Assembly: GCA_013332955.2 (NCBI GenBank)
Contig: JABCPS020000021.1
Location: 1 to 59,385, forward strand
DNA length: 59,385 bases
Reading direction: 5' to 3'
Source: Candidatus Saccharimonadota bacterium
GTDB lineage: Bacteria; Patescibacteriota; Saccharimonadia; Saccharimonadales; Saccharimonadaceae
Shown here: positions 1 through 9,626 of the stretch, piece after piece
Position numbering within the stretch: position 1 is the first letter of the stretch
Layout: every line of letters begins with the position of its first letter
Program-made: the position numbers and the translations under genes
The notes under the pieces: model-generated
Seen by the model: the letters and a program-made list of their open reading frames with translations, nothing else
What the model was told of the DNA's origin: nothing
The model's database searches: none

Positions 1-17
1 GAATTTTTCATTATTTA

Positions 18-665
18 TTATTCTTCATATTTTTCAGCTTGAAAATCAGCGTCAATCATCCAATGGCCACGCAGGCGAAAGGCGGGGATAGTACCACGAA
101 GAGCTTTATTGGTAGCTGATTGAACGCTCATTTGATTTTGCTTCGCCCAGTCCGAAACAGAAATAATTCTCGGCGCAGTGAGACGGGTGATGCGACGATA
201 TAAGGCCTCGATAAGAAGTCTCTCAAAGAAATCGGATAAACGATCGAGCTTATTAAAATTCGAATATTCTTCTAGGGCCGGATAATACTCTTCATTTTTG
301 GATTTATTAGGAATCAAAATAGGCGGCAGATTAAGTAAGTCCAATTGTTCGTTAATTTGGAGTCGACCGATACGACCATTGCCATCAATAAACGGATGGA
401 TATTCTCAAATTCGGCATGAAAATAGACGATTTTGTCGAGAAAATATTGGTCGTCTGACGCGTTATATTTTTCAACTAAGTCCGACATAAAAGCGTGGAC
501 GAATTGTGGATTCGCACCAATATGGTTCCCCACGCGCACCCACTCCTTGTTAGTACGAAATCGGCCGGCAGCATCATCACGAATATTCTGCATCAAAATA
601 CTATGAAGCTGAAGAATCAGTGAAACAGTAATTTCGGTTTCCGGATTATCCAGAAGAAACTTCAT
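18..665 (-). CDS. Fic-domain protein (AMPylase fold) with C-terminal HTH-like segment; appears 5'-truncated
   Basis: Canonical Fic motif HPFIDGNGRIGR. The frame stays open upstream without a start codon, and Fic-like sequence (LEDTEDILI..IREIFEATNLAKA) continues to about 758. Confidence 0.85.
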   Translation of the reverse strand: MKFLLDNPETEITVSLILQLHSILMQNIRDDAAGRFRTNKEWVRVGNHIGANPQFVHAFMSDLVEKYNASDDQYFLDKIVYFHAEFENIHPFIDGNGRIGRLQINEQLDLLNLPPILIPNKSKNEEYYPALEEYSNFNKLDRLSDFFERLLIEALYRRITRLTAPRIISVSDWAKQNQMSVQSATNKALRGTIPAFRLRGHWMIDADFQAEKYEE

Positions 666-797
666 AGCTTTCGCTAAATTAGTAGCCTCGAAAATCTCAC
701 GGATTTGATGGTCGGTACGAATTTGGTGTCGAATCAGAATATCCTCCGTATCCTCGAGAAACCGTTTAAAATTGTCATTTTCGGTGATTTTAAACGC

Positions 798-3281
798 TTA
801 TGGTTTCTGTGTGAAGTATCCCTTGGCGCCTGGGCGGTCGATGCGGAGCCAAGTTTTGTCAGCAGAAGCAGGATTTACAAGGAAGGAGCCATTGCCACCA
901 CGTAGTTTGACCTGATTTTGGAATACATTATTAAATTCAGTGCCAGCAGAAATATTAAAATCTTGACTGACGTAAATTTTTTCCAATTTTGTTTCGAGCG
1001 GGCGCGAGGAAGCAAACATGTTGCTAAATTTATTCACCTTCGCAGTATTAAAATTGCTCAAATCAAGTTCGGTAAGACTATTCGTATCTGTAAACATACC
1101 ACGCATATCTGTCACACTAGCCGTAGAAAAACGTCCGCCGAGATTGATTGAGGATAAAGCCGCCATACCGGAAAAAATATCTTGCATATTATGGACCTTA
1201 CTAGTGTCAAGATGACTGAAGTCAAGATTTTCGAGCTTACTAGTACTATAAAACATACGATACATGGATTCTACTTTGCTGGTATCGAAGGACGAAATGT
1301 TGAGATTTTTTAACTCAAACATATAGCTAAACATGGATGCCATATTTGTCACATTCCTGGTATCAAACTGCGAAAGATCCAGACTTACGAGCTTGCGGTC
1401 ATTAAAGAACATATTATACAAACTGTTTACCTTGGAAGTATTAAAATTGTGTCCAAGATTAAGATTGGCGAGATTCAGCATGCCGCTAAACATACTAGCC
1501 ATACTGGTGGCCTCGCGAGTATCAAAGGTCGAGACGTCAAGCGAAGTGAGACTCGAGCAGGTATTAAACATATTAGTAAAATCGGTAACTTTCCTAGTAT
1601 CAAAGCTCGAAAGGTCAATTTCCTGCAATAGATTACAGTTATTAAACATACTATTCATATTAATAACATTACTAGTCTGGAAATTAGGGCTTAAAATAAT
1701 CTTCTTTACCTTATTCATGCCACTAAACATAGCACTAGTACTAATCACTTTTCGGGTATCAAAATTCGAGAGATCAAGCTCGTCGAGAAGAATACAATTT
1801 GCAAACATGCTGGCCATATTTGTGACGTTTGAGGTCTTAAATTTGTCACTAATTTTAAAATCAGTCAGCGAACGGAGGTTGCCGAACATGGAGAGCATAT
1901 TGGTGACCTTAGAAGTATCAAAATTACGAATATCGAGGCTAGTCAACTTCGCGGATCCTCCAAACATAGTCTGCATATTAGTAACTTTGGAAGTATCAAA
2001 ACTCGAGACATTCAGACTGGTGAGATTACCACAATCCTTAAACATTTCCTGCATATTAACAACATTAGCCGTATTAAAATTCCCTAAATCTAGTGAGGTA
2101 ATATTACTTGCTCCACTAAACATATTGCCCATATCTGTTACATTGGCAGTATCGAAATTCGAGAGATCAAGATTCTGCAAAGAGGAAACACCCATAAACA
2201 TACGAGAGAAGCTTTTAACATTTTTCGTTTTAAAACTAGAAATATTGAGATTTTTCAGGGACCCCATATAGGCAAACATATTAGTCATCGCAGTCACGCG
2301 GGAAGTCTTAAAGGTAGAAAGATCTAGATTTACCACGCTCCTGGCGTTATTAAACATAAAAGACATATCCTTCACGTAACGTGTATTGAGTCCGGATAAA
2401 TCGATATCGGTAATATTAAGGATGTTATTAAAAATCTGGCGTGAGTCGTCATTCATGTAGACAAGGTCATTCTCGCAATAGTAGTAAACTGTTTTATCTG
2501 CTGGATCAAACCAAGCTAAAATTTCATAACTTGATTCGTCGACATCTTCTATATTGATAGTTTTCATGGCGGCCGTCGGCGCGGTCGGACTTCGCTTGAA
2601 CCCCTTAATAGCATGCAAATTGGTGCCGGCAAGGATTGCACTACGAGCAATTTTCTGGTTTAAATCCGGTCCTCTTGTGAGCGTAGCGTTGGTACCGGCA
2701 TTATTATTTGAAATAACCGAAATCATGAGTGTGTTTTTATAACTACCGCTCAAAAGATCGGTACCCAGATTCATACCAATAGTAATATTCTTAACTTCAT
2801 TGCCATCAGTTTTTTCTTCAGAGCTAAAAAGATTGGTCGGACTGGCAACTGAACCTATTGGTCGAAAATTAGTCCCATCATCTATCTTATAACCCCAGGT
2901 CTTAGCCGGGAAATTATTTAGAGTATTGTCACTCGGAATTGAATTAATCTTATCGGTAACAGTAGAATTCGGGCTAATGAGTGCAGTATTATTCGAATCG
3001 GTACTAATAATGATGCGGTAGCCACTTTTATCGTTAGAGTTAACAGTTAGTTTCGTGGTCGCTTCCTGAAGTTGTGGATTCGCGGAGCGATCATCATTAC
3101 CGTGAAATACCGCCGATGACTGATTAAGAGCCGCAGACAAAGACGGCGTAAAGAGAGCGTAAGTTTGGGGAGCAAAAATCAGGTTCAAGCTAAAAATTGA
3201 GGCCGTTAGGGTAAAAAAGCCGGCGAGACTTTTCAGCCATGAACGGGTGATTCGCAGTTTTTGATTTTTATCGCTCGTCAT
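798..3281 (-). CDS. BspA-like / DUF285 leucine-rich-repeat surface protein
   Basis: N-terminal hydrophobic signal, then about 19 tandem 26-27 aa repeats of the type LxxLDLSxFDTxxVTNMxxMF, ending LRIDRPGAKGYFTQKP. Start placed at ATG 3281, just behind TGT-TAAAAT. Confidence 0.9.
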   Translation of the reverse strand: MTSDKNQKLRITRSWLKSLAGFFTLTASIFSLNLIFAPQTYALFTPSLSAALNQSSAVFHGNDDRSANPQLQEATTKLTVNSNDKSGYRIIISTDSNNTALISPNSTVTDKINSIPSDNTLNNFPAKTWGYKIDDGTNFRPIGSVASPTNLFSSEEKTDGNEVKNITIGMNLGTDLLSGSYKNTLMISVISNNNAGTNATLTRGPDLNQKIARSAILAGTNLHAIKGFKRSPTAPTAAMKTINIEDVDESSYEILAWFDPADKTVYYYCENDLVYMNDDSRQIFNNILNITDIDLSGLNTRYVKDMSFMFNNARSVVNLDLSTFKTSRVTAMTNMFAYMGSLKNLNISSFKTKNVKSFSRMFMGVSSLQNLDLSNFDTANVTDMGNMFSGASNITSLDLGNFNTANVVNMQEMFKDCGNLTSLNVSSFDTSKVTNMQTMFGGSAKLTSLDIRNFDTSKVTNMLSMFGNLRSLTDFKISDKFKTSNVTNMASMFANCILLDELDLSNFDTRKVISTSAMFSGMNKVKKIILSPNFQTSNVINMNSMFNNCNLLQEIDLSSFDTRKVTDFTNMFNTCSSLTSLDVSTFDTREATSMASMFSGMLNLANLNLGHNFNTSKVNSLYNMFFNDRKLVSLDLSQFDTRNVTNMASMFSYMFELKNLNISSFDTSKVESMYRMFYSTSKLENLDFSHLDTSKVHNMQDIFSGMAALSSINLGGRFSTASVTDMRGMFTDTNSLTELDLSNFNTAKVNKFSNMFASSRPLETKLEKIYVSQDFNISAGTEFNNVFQNQVKLRGGNGSFLVNPASADKTWLRIDRPGAKGYFTQKP

Positions 3282-3322
3282 GCAGGATAATTTTAACATA
3301 AAGGTTATACTAAAACAAATCA

Positions 3323-3349
3323 AAAATCCCAATACTAGATTGGGATTTT
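3323..3349 (-). terminator. Intrinsic terminator after rpsJ
   Basis: AAAATCCCAAT-actag-ATTGGGATTTT inverted repeat. Confidence 0.75.
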
Positions 3350-3368
3350 CAAGTAATTTATGTTTTAA

Positions 3369-3692
3369 TTACATTTTGATTTCGGCGTCGACGCCAGCTG
3401 GCAAAGACAAGTTTTGAAGTGCATCAATGGTCTTTGGGGTAGCATTGGTGATGTCGATGAGACGCTTGTGAATCTTCATTTCGAAAGCTTCACCACCGGT
3501 CTTGTAAACGTGAGGTGATTTCACCACAGTAAAAGTACTGCGCTTAGTTGGTAGTGGAACTGGGCCAGAAACGGCGGCACCAGTACGGATAGCGGTATCG
3601 ACGATTTGCTTAGCGCTTTGGTCGATTACACGATGGTCGTAGGCCTTGAGACGAATACGGATCTTCAAGCCTTCGTTTTTTGCGTCTGCCAT
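3369..3692 (-). CDS. rpsJ: 30S ribosomal protein S10 (uS10)
   Basis: [17 protein letters not shown]...GPVPLPTK...SPHVYK signature. Confidence 0.99.
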   Translation of the reverse strand: MADAKNEGLKIRIRLKAYDHRVIDQSAKQIVDTAIRTGAAVSGPVPLPTKRSTFTVVKSPHVYKTGGEAFEMKIHKRLIDITNATPKTIDALQNLSLPAGVDAEIKM

Positions 3693-3802
3693 GTTTTCCT
3701 TCTAATTCTATAACTTCAGATGCTTGATGCGTCAATGAGTTTTTAGAATTCAATTAATAATAGTAGATTTATTTTACGATAAAATCAGAGGTTCGTCAAG
3801 AT

Positions 3803-3834
3803 AAAAAAATACCTCCCCCGAAGGAGAGGTATTT
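3803..3834 (-). terminator. Intrinsic terminator after tuf
   Basis: AAATACCTC..CGAA..GAGGTATTT hairpin with a T-run on the minus strand. Confidence 0.75.
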
Positions 3835-3847
3835 AGGCTGTTATAGA

Positions 3848-5032
3848 TTATTTAATAATCTTGGTAACAACACCAGAACCGACAGTACGGCCACCTTCGC
3901 GGATAGCAAAACGATCGTTGTTGTTCATAGCGATAGCTGAAAGAAGCTTAACCTGGAAGGTAACAGTGTCACCAGGCATAACGATTTCTTTGTCAGCTGG
4001 AAGTTCGACTTCACCGGTAACATCGGTAGTACGGAAGTAGAATTGTGGCTTGTAACCCTTTGAGAATGGGGTGTGGCGGCCGCCTTCTTCTTTCTTCAAG
4101 ATGTAAACCTGAGCTTCGAATTCAGTGTGTGGGGTGATAGAACCTGGCTTAGCAATAACCTGACCACGTTCGATTTGTTCGCGTTCGATACCACGGAGCA
4201 AGAGACCAGCGTTATCACCAGCTTCACCTTCGTTAAGAGTCTTGTGGAAAGCCTCGATACCGGTAACGACAGATTTTTGGGTTGGCTTCAAACCAACGAT
4301 TTCAACTTCGTCGTTCAATTTGACAACACCCTGTTCGATACGACCAGTAGCGACGGTACCACGACCCTTGATGGAGAAGACAGCTTCGATTGGCATCAAG
4401 AATGGTTTGTCAAGATCGTGTTCAGGAATATCAAAGTATTCATCCATAGCGTGGACGAGATCCATGATGCGGTCTTCCATTTCGGTGTCGCCTTCAAGAG
4501 CCTTAAGAGCAGAACCCTTGATGATTGGAGCGTTGTCACCGTCGAAGCCGTACTTGTTCAAAAGTTCACGGACATCCATTTCAACGAGCTCAACGAGTTC
4601 TGGGTCAGCAAGATCCATCTTGTTGAGGAAGACGATGATTTTTGGTACGTTCACCTGGTGAGCGAGAAGTACGTGCTCACGGGTTTGTGGAAGTGGACCA
4701 TCGTTAGCAGCAACTACGAGGATAGCACCATCAATTTGAGCAGCACCGGTAATCATGTTCTTGATGTAGTCGGCGTGGCCTGGCATATCTACGTGAGCGT
4801 AGTGACGCTTTTCTGATTCGTACTCTTGGTGAGAGGTAGCAATGGTAATACCACGAGCTTTTTCTTCTGGAGCGTTGTCGATCTGATCGTAAGCAACTGA
4901 TTTGTTAACATCAGATGGGAGACGCTTCGCAAGTACGGTGGTAATAGCAGCAGTAAGAGTAGTCTTACCGTGGTCAACGTGACCCATAGTACCAACGTTA
5001 ATGTGTGGCTTGGAACGGTCGAAATTTGCCAT
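3848..5032 (-). CDS. tuf: Elongation factor Tu
   Basis: [23 protein letters not shown] and GSAL motifs; 394 aa; AAGGAG SD present as a tandem duplicate. Confidence 0.99.
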   Translation of the reverse strand: MANFDRSKPHINVGTMGHVDHGKTTLTAAITTVLAKRLPSDVNKSVAYDQIDNAPEEKARGITIATSHQEYESEKRHYAHVDMPGHADYIKNMITGAAQIDGAILVVAANDGPLPQTREHVLLAHQVNVPKIIVFLNKMDLADPELVELVEMDVRELLNKYGFDGDNAPIIKGSALKALEGDTEMEDRIMDLVHAMDEYFDIPEHDLDKPFLMPIEAVFSIKGRGTVATGRIEQGVVKLNDEVEIVGLKPTQKSVVTGIEAFHKTLNEGEAGDNAGLLLRGIEREQIERGQVIAKPGSITPHTEFEAQVYILKKEEGGRHTPFSKGYKPQFYFRTTDVTGEVELPADKEIVMPGDTVTFQVKLLSAIAMNNNDRFAIREGGRTVGSGVVTKIIK

Positions 5033-5247
5033 TCTTTATTATTCTCCTTTAATATTATTCTCCTTGGCACTAATATTAACCAGCCAAGAAGCTAGATATA
5101 CCTATATATTAATAGATTTTAAAGAATAAGTAAAGAGAGAATTCAGGAAAAAAGGCGCCAAATTGACGCCTTGACTGTTAGTTTTTCGATGTTATAGTAA
5201 AATTTGCCCAGATGGGCTAGTGTGATTTGTAATTTAAAGTTGCAGTT

Positions 5248-5610
5248 TTAATCTTTTGGTACGACTTTGACTAAATCATGGCGTTCACGATCCCACTCAC
5301 AGCCACAGCCATAATCATCAAAATCCACTTGGTCGTCTGCGCCTTTGGGGATTCTTTTCCTAGGCTTAGTATCAAACTGAAAATGATAACAGCCCTGATC
5401 CATCTCTTCATCGATTCTAGCGATTCTCTCCGCCAGAAGCTTCTCGTGTTGATGATAGAGAATGAAAACTAGCGCCGGAAGTAAGGTCAGCACGATCCAA
5501 CCACAGACAAAAATATCAATCCGCAGAATCAGAATAATGCGAAAATAGTTCAGCACCAGACAGAATAGACCAGCCAAAAAACACGACAATGTTACTAGTA
5601 TTGCAAACAT
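5248..5610 (-). CDS. Hypothetical membrane protein (2 TM helices, acidic C-terminal tail)
   Basis: 120 aa ORF with an AAGGGG SD-like sequence and two hydrophobic stretches; family not recognised. Confidence 0.6.
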   Translation of the reverse strand: MFAILVTLSCFLAGLFCLVLNYFRIILILRIDIFVCGWIVLTLLPALVFILYHQHEKLLAERIARIDEEMDQGCYHFQFDTKPRKRIPKGADDQVDFDDYGCGCEWDRERHDLVKVVPKD

Positions 5611-5726
5611 ACAATTTCCCCCTTTTCTAAAGAACTTACTGATTTTTCCATTTTTTGAAAAACTAACTTGAATATTTTACCATATTTTGCAGCTTTTTGC
5701 CAGTAATTAATCCAATTATGTTAAAA

Positions 5727-5755
5727 TTGACTTTTTTATCAAAAAATTGTAAAAT
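5727..5755 (+). promoter_or_regulatory. Sigma70-type promoter for the 5809 lipoprotein gene
   Basis: TTGACT-17 bp-TAAAAT; GGAGGT SD before ATG 5809. Confidence 0.7.
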
Positions 5756-5808
5756 ATAGCTAACTTTTAGGACGTTTAAACCTACGCACATTAAAATGGA
5801 GGTGCATA

Positions 5809-7302
5809 ATGAAGAAACAATTCCTGTTTTTGTCACTCGCTCTCGGTTTAGTTGCTTGCAACGCCCAGAGTAAAACCGTAGTCCCAGAGACTTCCGAAGT
5901 GGAAACTACCGCGAAGGCGGAAGTGAATCACGAAGAAGAGACCGACAACCCATACGAGATGGACGCCCAGCTTACCGCAGCGGTGGATGCTCCCGAATTT
6001 GGTGGCGGCGAAGTAGCTGGCCCAATTAAGGATGCCACTCCTGACGTATTAGAGGCTAGGCGAGCAGCCAGAAATGATTATGGACTAGCCCCACTGAAAG
6101 ACCCTGACCCAAGTAGGTCACACCCAGGAACATTCAAAATGGTTTCTGATTTTAATATCAGAGAAGTGGAAGACCTGAGAGATCGGCTTGAGTCGCAATC
6201 TGGCAGCTACATCTCGGATTTTATGGTGCCAAGTAATGTAATTCTCTTCCCGAAGCATTTAACTCAGAGTATCAGAGGAAATTCGGTGCTCGAGGTGAAT
6301 ACGGATGCCGGAGAGAATAGCTATTACCACTATCGGAATATACCGACCTATATCAAGGACGGTACCGATGCGGGATTCTTGGACCCATATCTGAACGGGC
6401 GCACACCGAATTTTACCGGAGCTGACGGAATTAACTATACGCAGTTCCTGGTGCAGAATCTAGTGGATGAATTTCATACCACGAAGCTCGACCCCATGGA
6501 GCCGATTGAGCCGGATGAGCCAGATACCATTTCTTTTACGGCGGAGTATATGCTGAGGCGCATCAAACAAGAAGCCTCTGAGCCGCTCCCGACCCACCAG
6601 AAGAATGACCCGAAGACCTACACGAGATTTGGCGAATTCGACCTGGTTGGTTATATGAGAGACAATGGCTTCAATCTTAGACTAGCCGATAGCTTCCCGG
6701 CAATAGATGTCTATACCTTTATTAGCGAAGCTAATCCGAAATTAATGATTCGGTTCGATGCTAATTATGGAGTGGAGGGTAAGCAGGTAAACAATCTTGG
6801 CAGCATGGCAGATTTTGAAAAACGTCTGGTTCCCTACAGGATTGATTCGCGTCGACATATAAATGGACTATTTTACGGTATTGGCGTGAATGGCATTGAA
6901 GTCTACTATGTGAAAGATGACCGACTTTTCCCGAATTCTGGCTATGGCAGGACCGATGCGAGACCGGAAGATTTTTATCATGTGATGCACAAGATGAAGC
7001 TCACAGATATTGATCATCAGGGTGGATCATATTTTTCTAATGATGGCAATGTTTTACTGCTTTCACCAGAACTTTCCACCTTCTACGCAGAGATGCAGTT
7101 AAAGCGTTTCGTCGAAAGTAGCCCCAACTATGATCCGTCTAACGATAAATACCGTGCATTGTATTATGTGCGTGAAGATTCGGTGGATTTAATCAAGCGA
7201 GTAGTGGAGCGCACTAATGCTCTGGTTGGACATGAGTCTAACCTTAATCGCGATGATTTGTTTAAGGATATCGATGCAAATGTAGTTGTAAGACGAAATT
7301 AA
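5809..7302 (+). CDS. Hypothetical lipoprotein
   Basis: MKK, hydrophobic core and lipobox LVA-C17; acidic linker; own promoter, SD and terminator. Confidence 0.8.
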   Translation: MKKQFLFLSLALGLVACNAQSKTVVPETSEVETTAKAEVNHEEETDNPYEMDAQLTAAVDAPEFGGGEVAGPIKDATPDVLEARRAARNDYGLAPLKDPDPSRSHPGTFKMVSDFNIREVEDLRDRLESQSGSYISDFMVPSNVILFPKHLTQSIRGNSVLEVNTDAGENSYYHYRNIPTYIKDGTDAGFLDPYLNGRTPNFTGADGINYTQFLVQNLVDEFHTTKLDPMEPIEPDEPDTISFTAEYMLRRIKQEASEPLPTHQKNDPKTYTRFGEFDLVGYMRDNGFNLRLADSFPAIDVYTFISEANPKLMIRFDANYGVEGKQVNNLGSMADFEKRLVPYRIDSRRHINGLFYGIGVNGIEVYYVKDDRLFPNSGYGRTDARPEDFYHVMHKMKLTDIDHQGGSYFSNDGNVLLLSPELSTFYAEMQLKRFVESSPNYDPSNDKYRALYYVREDSVDLIKRVVERTNALVGHESNLNRDDLFKDIDANVVVRRN

Positions 7303-7307
7303 TCTCC

Positions 7308-7340
7308 AAAAAAGAGCCTCGCAGAAATGCGGGGCTTTTT
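7308..7340 (+). terminator. Intrinsic terminator after the lipoprotein gene
   Basis: AAAAGAGCCTCGCA-gaaa-TGCGGGGCTTTTT. Confidence 0.75.
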
Positions 7341-7387
7341 GATGTTAAAATTTTACTAATTTTGCAATTATTAGACAACGCTTAGAC

Positions 7388-7417
7388 AAAAAAATAACCT
7401 CCGAAGAGGTTATTTTT
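7388..7417 (-). terminator. Intrinsic terminator after fusA
   Basis: AAAAATAACCTC-cgaa-GAGGTTATTTTT perfect inverted repeat. Confidence 0.8.
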
Positions 7418-7423
7418 AAGAGA

Positions 7424-9526
7424 TTACTTAGAAGTATTGCGCTTCTCAATGATTTCTTGAGCACCGTTAGGTGGTACTTCCTCGTATTGTGCGAGCTCCA
7501 TAGAAGAAGCGGCACGACCTTGGCTCATCGAGCGGAGATCGGAAGTGTAACCAAAGAGATTAGCAAGTGGAGCGAAAGCAGTAATAAGCTTGGCGCCACC
7601 TTGAATGTCTTCCATAGCGTCGATACGGCCACGGCGAGAGTTAATATCACCAATCACGTCACCCATGAATTCTTCAGGGGTAGTAACTTCAAGTTTCATA
7701 AATGGCTCAAGAAGCACTGGTTTGGCTTTCTTGATACCTTCACGAGTAGCTAGGCTTCCAGCGAGTTTGAAGGCGAGCTCAGAAGAGTCGACATCATGGT
7801 AAGAACCATCGTAAAGGGTAGCCTTGATATCGACGACTGGGTAGCCAGCAATCACACCACCATTAAGAGTTTCTTCAACACCTTGTTGGACTGGTTTGCG
7901 GTATTCTTGTGGAACCACACCACCCTTAATCATATCGATGAATTCGAAGCCCTTACCTGGTTCATTTGGCTCAAATTTAATCCAAACGTCACCGTATTGA
8001 CCACGACCACCGGACTGCTTAATGTGCTTACCTTGAGCTTCGGCAGTACCACGAATAGTTTCACGGTAGGCAACCTGAGGAGCACCAGTATTAGCCTCCA
8101 CGTTATGTTCACGCTTCAAGCGGTCGATAATGATTTCAAGGTGAAGCTCACCCATACCAGAAATAATAGTTTGACCGGGTTCTTCATCAGTGTGAACACG
8201 GAAGGTTGGATCTTCTTCGGCAAGTTTTGCGAGACCGAGACCCATTTTTTCTTGGTCGGCCTTAGTCTTAGGCTCAACCGCGATAGAAACAGGTGGTTCT
8301 GGGAATTCGATAGATTCAAGGTGAATTGGGTGGGCTGGATCACAAAGAGTGGTACCAGTGGTGGTTTCCTTGAGACCGACGATAGCGGCGATATCACCAG
8401 CGGCAACTTCAGAGATTTCTTCACGCTTATCAGCGAACATACGGACGAGACGACCGACACGTTCCTTATTACCGGTAGTAGCATTCAAGATATAAGAGCC
8501 GGACTTCAAAACACCAGAGTAAACACGCACGAAGACGAGCTTACCGACGAATGGGTCAGAAGCAATCTTGAAAGCAAGAGCGGTGAGAGGTTCAGTGACA
8601 GAAGCCTTACGGATAACCTTATCGCCAGTCTTTGGATCGGTACCAACAGTTTGACCAAGATCACGGTCAAGAGGTGAAGGGAGATAGTCAACACAGAGGT
8701 CGAGAATTTTTTCGACGATCACACCACGACCATCACCACCGGTCACGAGGAAGAAGTCACCGTCAAGCACACGCTTACGAAGAGCAGCCTTGAGTTCAGC
8801 TTCGGTGATAGCTTCTTCACCTTCGGCGAAGTACTTATTCATCAAATCTTCATCAGCAGCTACAGCTTCTTCCACGAGAAGAGCACGAGCTTTCTTAGCC
8901 TTGTCAAGCATATCAGCAGGAATTTCGCCAACGGTCAAAGAGTGGTCGGCATATTCCTTGTAGGTGTAGGCCTTCATATCAATAAGGTCGACGACACCAC
9001 AGATATCTTTTTCGAAACCAATTGGAAGGTGAATAGCGAAAGCATTCTTCGAGAGACGCTTGTGGATAGAGTCGAGAGACTTGTAGAAGTCACCACCGAT
9101 TTGGTTAATTTTGTTAATGAAACAGAGACGTGGCACGCCGTACTTGGTAGCTTGGCGCCAAACAGTTTCGGATTGAGCTTCGACACCCATCTTACCATCG
9201 AAAACAGTAACGGCACCATCGAGCACGCGAAGAGAACGTTCTACTTCGGCGGTAAAGTCGATGTGGCCCGGGGTATCGATAATGTTAATTTTGTGACCTT
9301 TCCAAGTGGCGGTAACAGCTGCGGAAGTAATGGTAATACCACGTTCCTTTTCCTGTTCCATCCAGTCAGTAGTAGCACCACCGGTGTCACCCTTGACGAG
9401 GTCGATTTTGTGCTTCAAGCCAGTACGGTAGAGAATAGCCTCTGAAGTCGTGGTCTTGCCTGCATCAATATGTGCAATAATACCAATATTGCGCAATTTT
9501 GATAAATCATGTGTAGCTTCTGCCAT
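7424..9526 (-). CDS. fusA: Elongation factor G (non-canonical G4/G5 motifs)
   Basis: [20 protein letters not shown] and domain [12 protein letters not shown]; 700 aa. Confidence 0.99.
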   Translation of the reverse strand: MAEATHDLSKLRNIGIIAHIDAGKTTTSEAILYRTGLKHKIDLVKGDTGGATTDWMEQEKERGITITSAAVTATWKGHKINIIDTPGHIDFTAEVERSLRVLDGAVTVFDGKMGVEAQSETVWRQATKYGVPRLCFINKINQIGGDFYKSLDSIHKRLSKNAFAIHLPIGFEKDICGVVDLIDMKAYTYKEYADHSLTVGEIPADMLDKAKKARALLVEEAVAADEDLMNKYFAEGEEAITEAELKAALRKRVLDGDFFLVTGGDGRGVIVEKILDLCVDYLPSPLDRDLGQTVGTDPKTGDKVIRKASVTEPLTALAFKIASDPFVGKLVFVRVYSGVLKSGSYILNATTGNKERVGRLVRMFADKREEISEVAAGDIAAIVGLKETTTGTTLCDPAHPIHLESIEFPEPPVSIAVEPKTKADQEKMGLGLAKLAEEDPTFRVHTDEEPGQTIISGMGELHLEIIIDRLKREHNVEANTGAPQVAYRETIRGTAEAQGKHIKQSGGRGQYGDVWIKFEPNEPGKGFEFIDMIKGGVVPQEYRKPVQQGVEETLNGGVIAGYPVVDIKATLYDGSYHDVDSSELAFKLAGSLATREGIKKAKPVLLEPFMKLEVTTPEEFMGDVIGDINSRRGRIDAMEDIQGGAKLITAFAPLANLFGYTSDLRSMSQGRAASSMELAQYEEVPPNGAQEIIEKRNTSK

Positions 9527-9590
9527 GAATTTCCTTATTAATTAATAGTTTTTTAGACTTTCAGGATATTTTACCATAATTTCAAGAAGA

Positions 9591-9619
9591 AAAAAAGAGA
9601 GCACGCGGCTCTCTTTTTT
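9591..9619 (-). terminator. Intrinsic terminator between the 9627 gene and fusA
   Basis: AAAAAAGAGAG-cacgcgg-CTCTCTTTTTT. Confidence 0.75.
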
Positions 9620-9626
9620 GTTATTT

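Noticed and set aside
1018..9445. Long antisense and alternative-frame ORFs over BspA, tuf and fusA (e.g. 1333-2271, 4073-4816, 7796-8677)
   Set aside because: These are shadow ORFs caused by codon bias and repeats on the coding strand; they have no motifs or expression signals.
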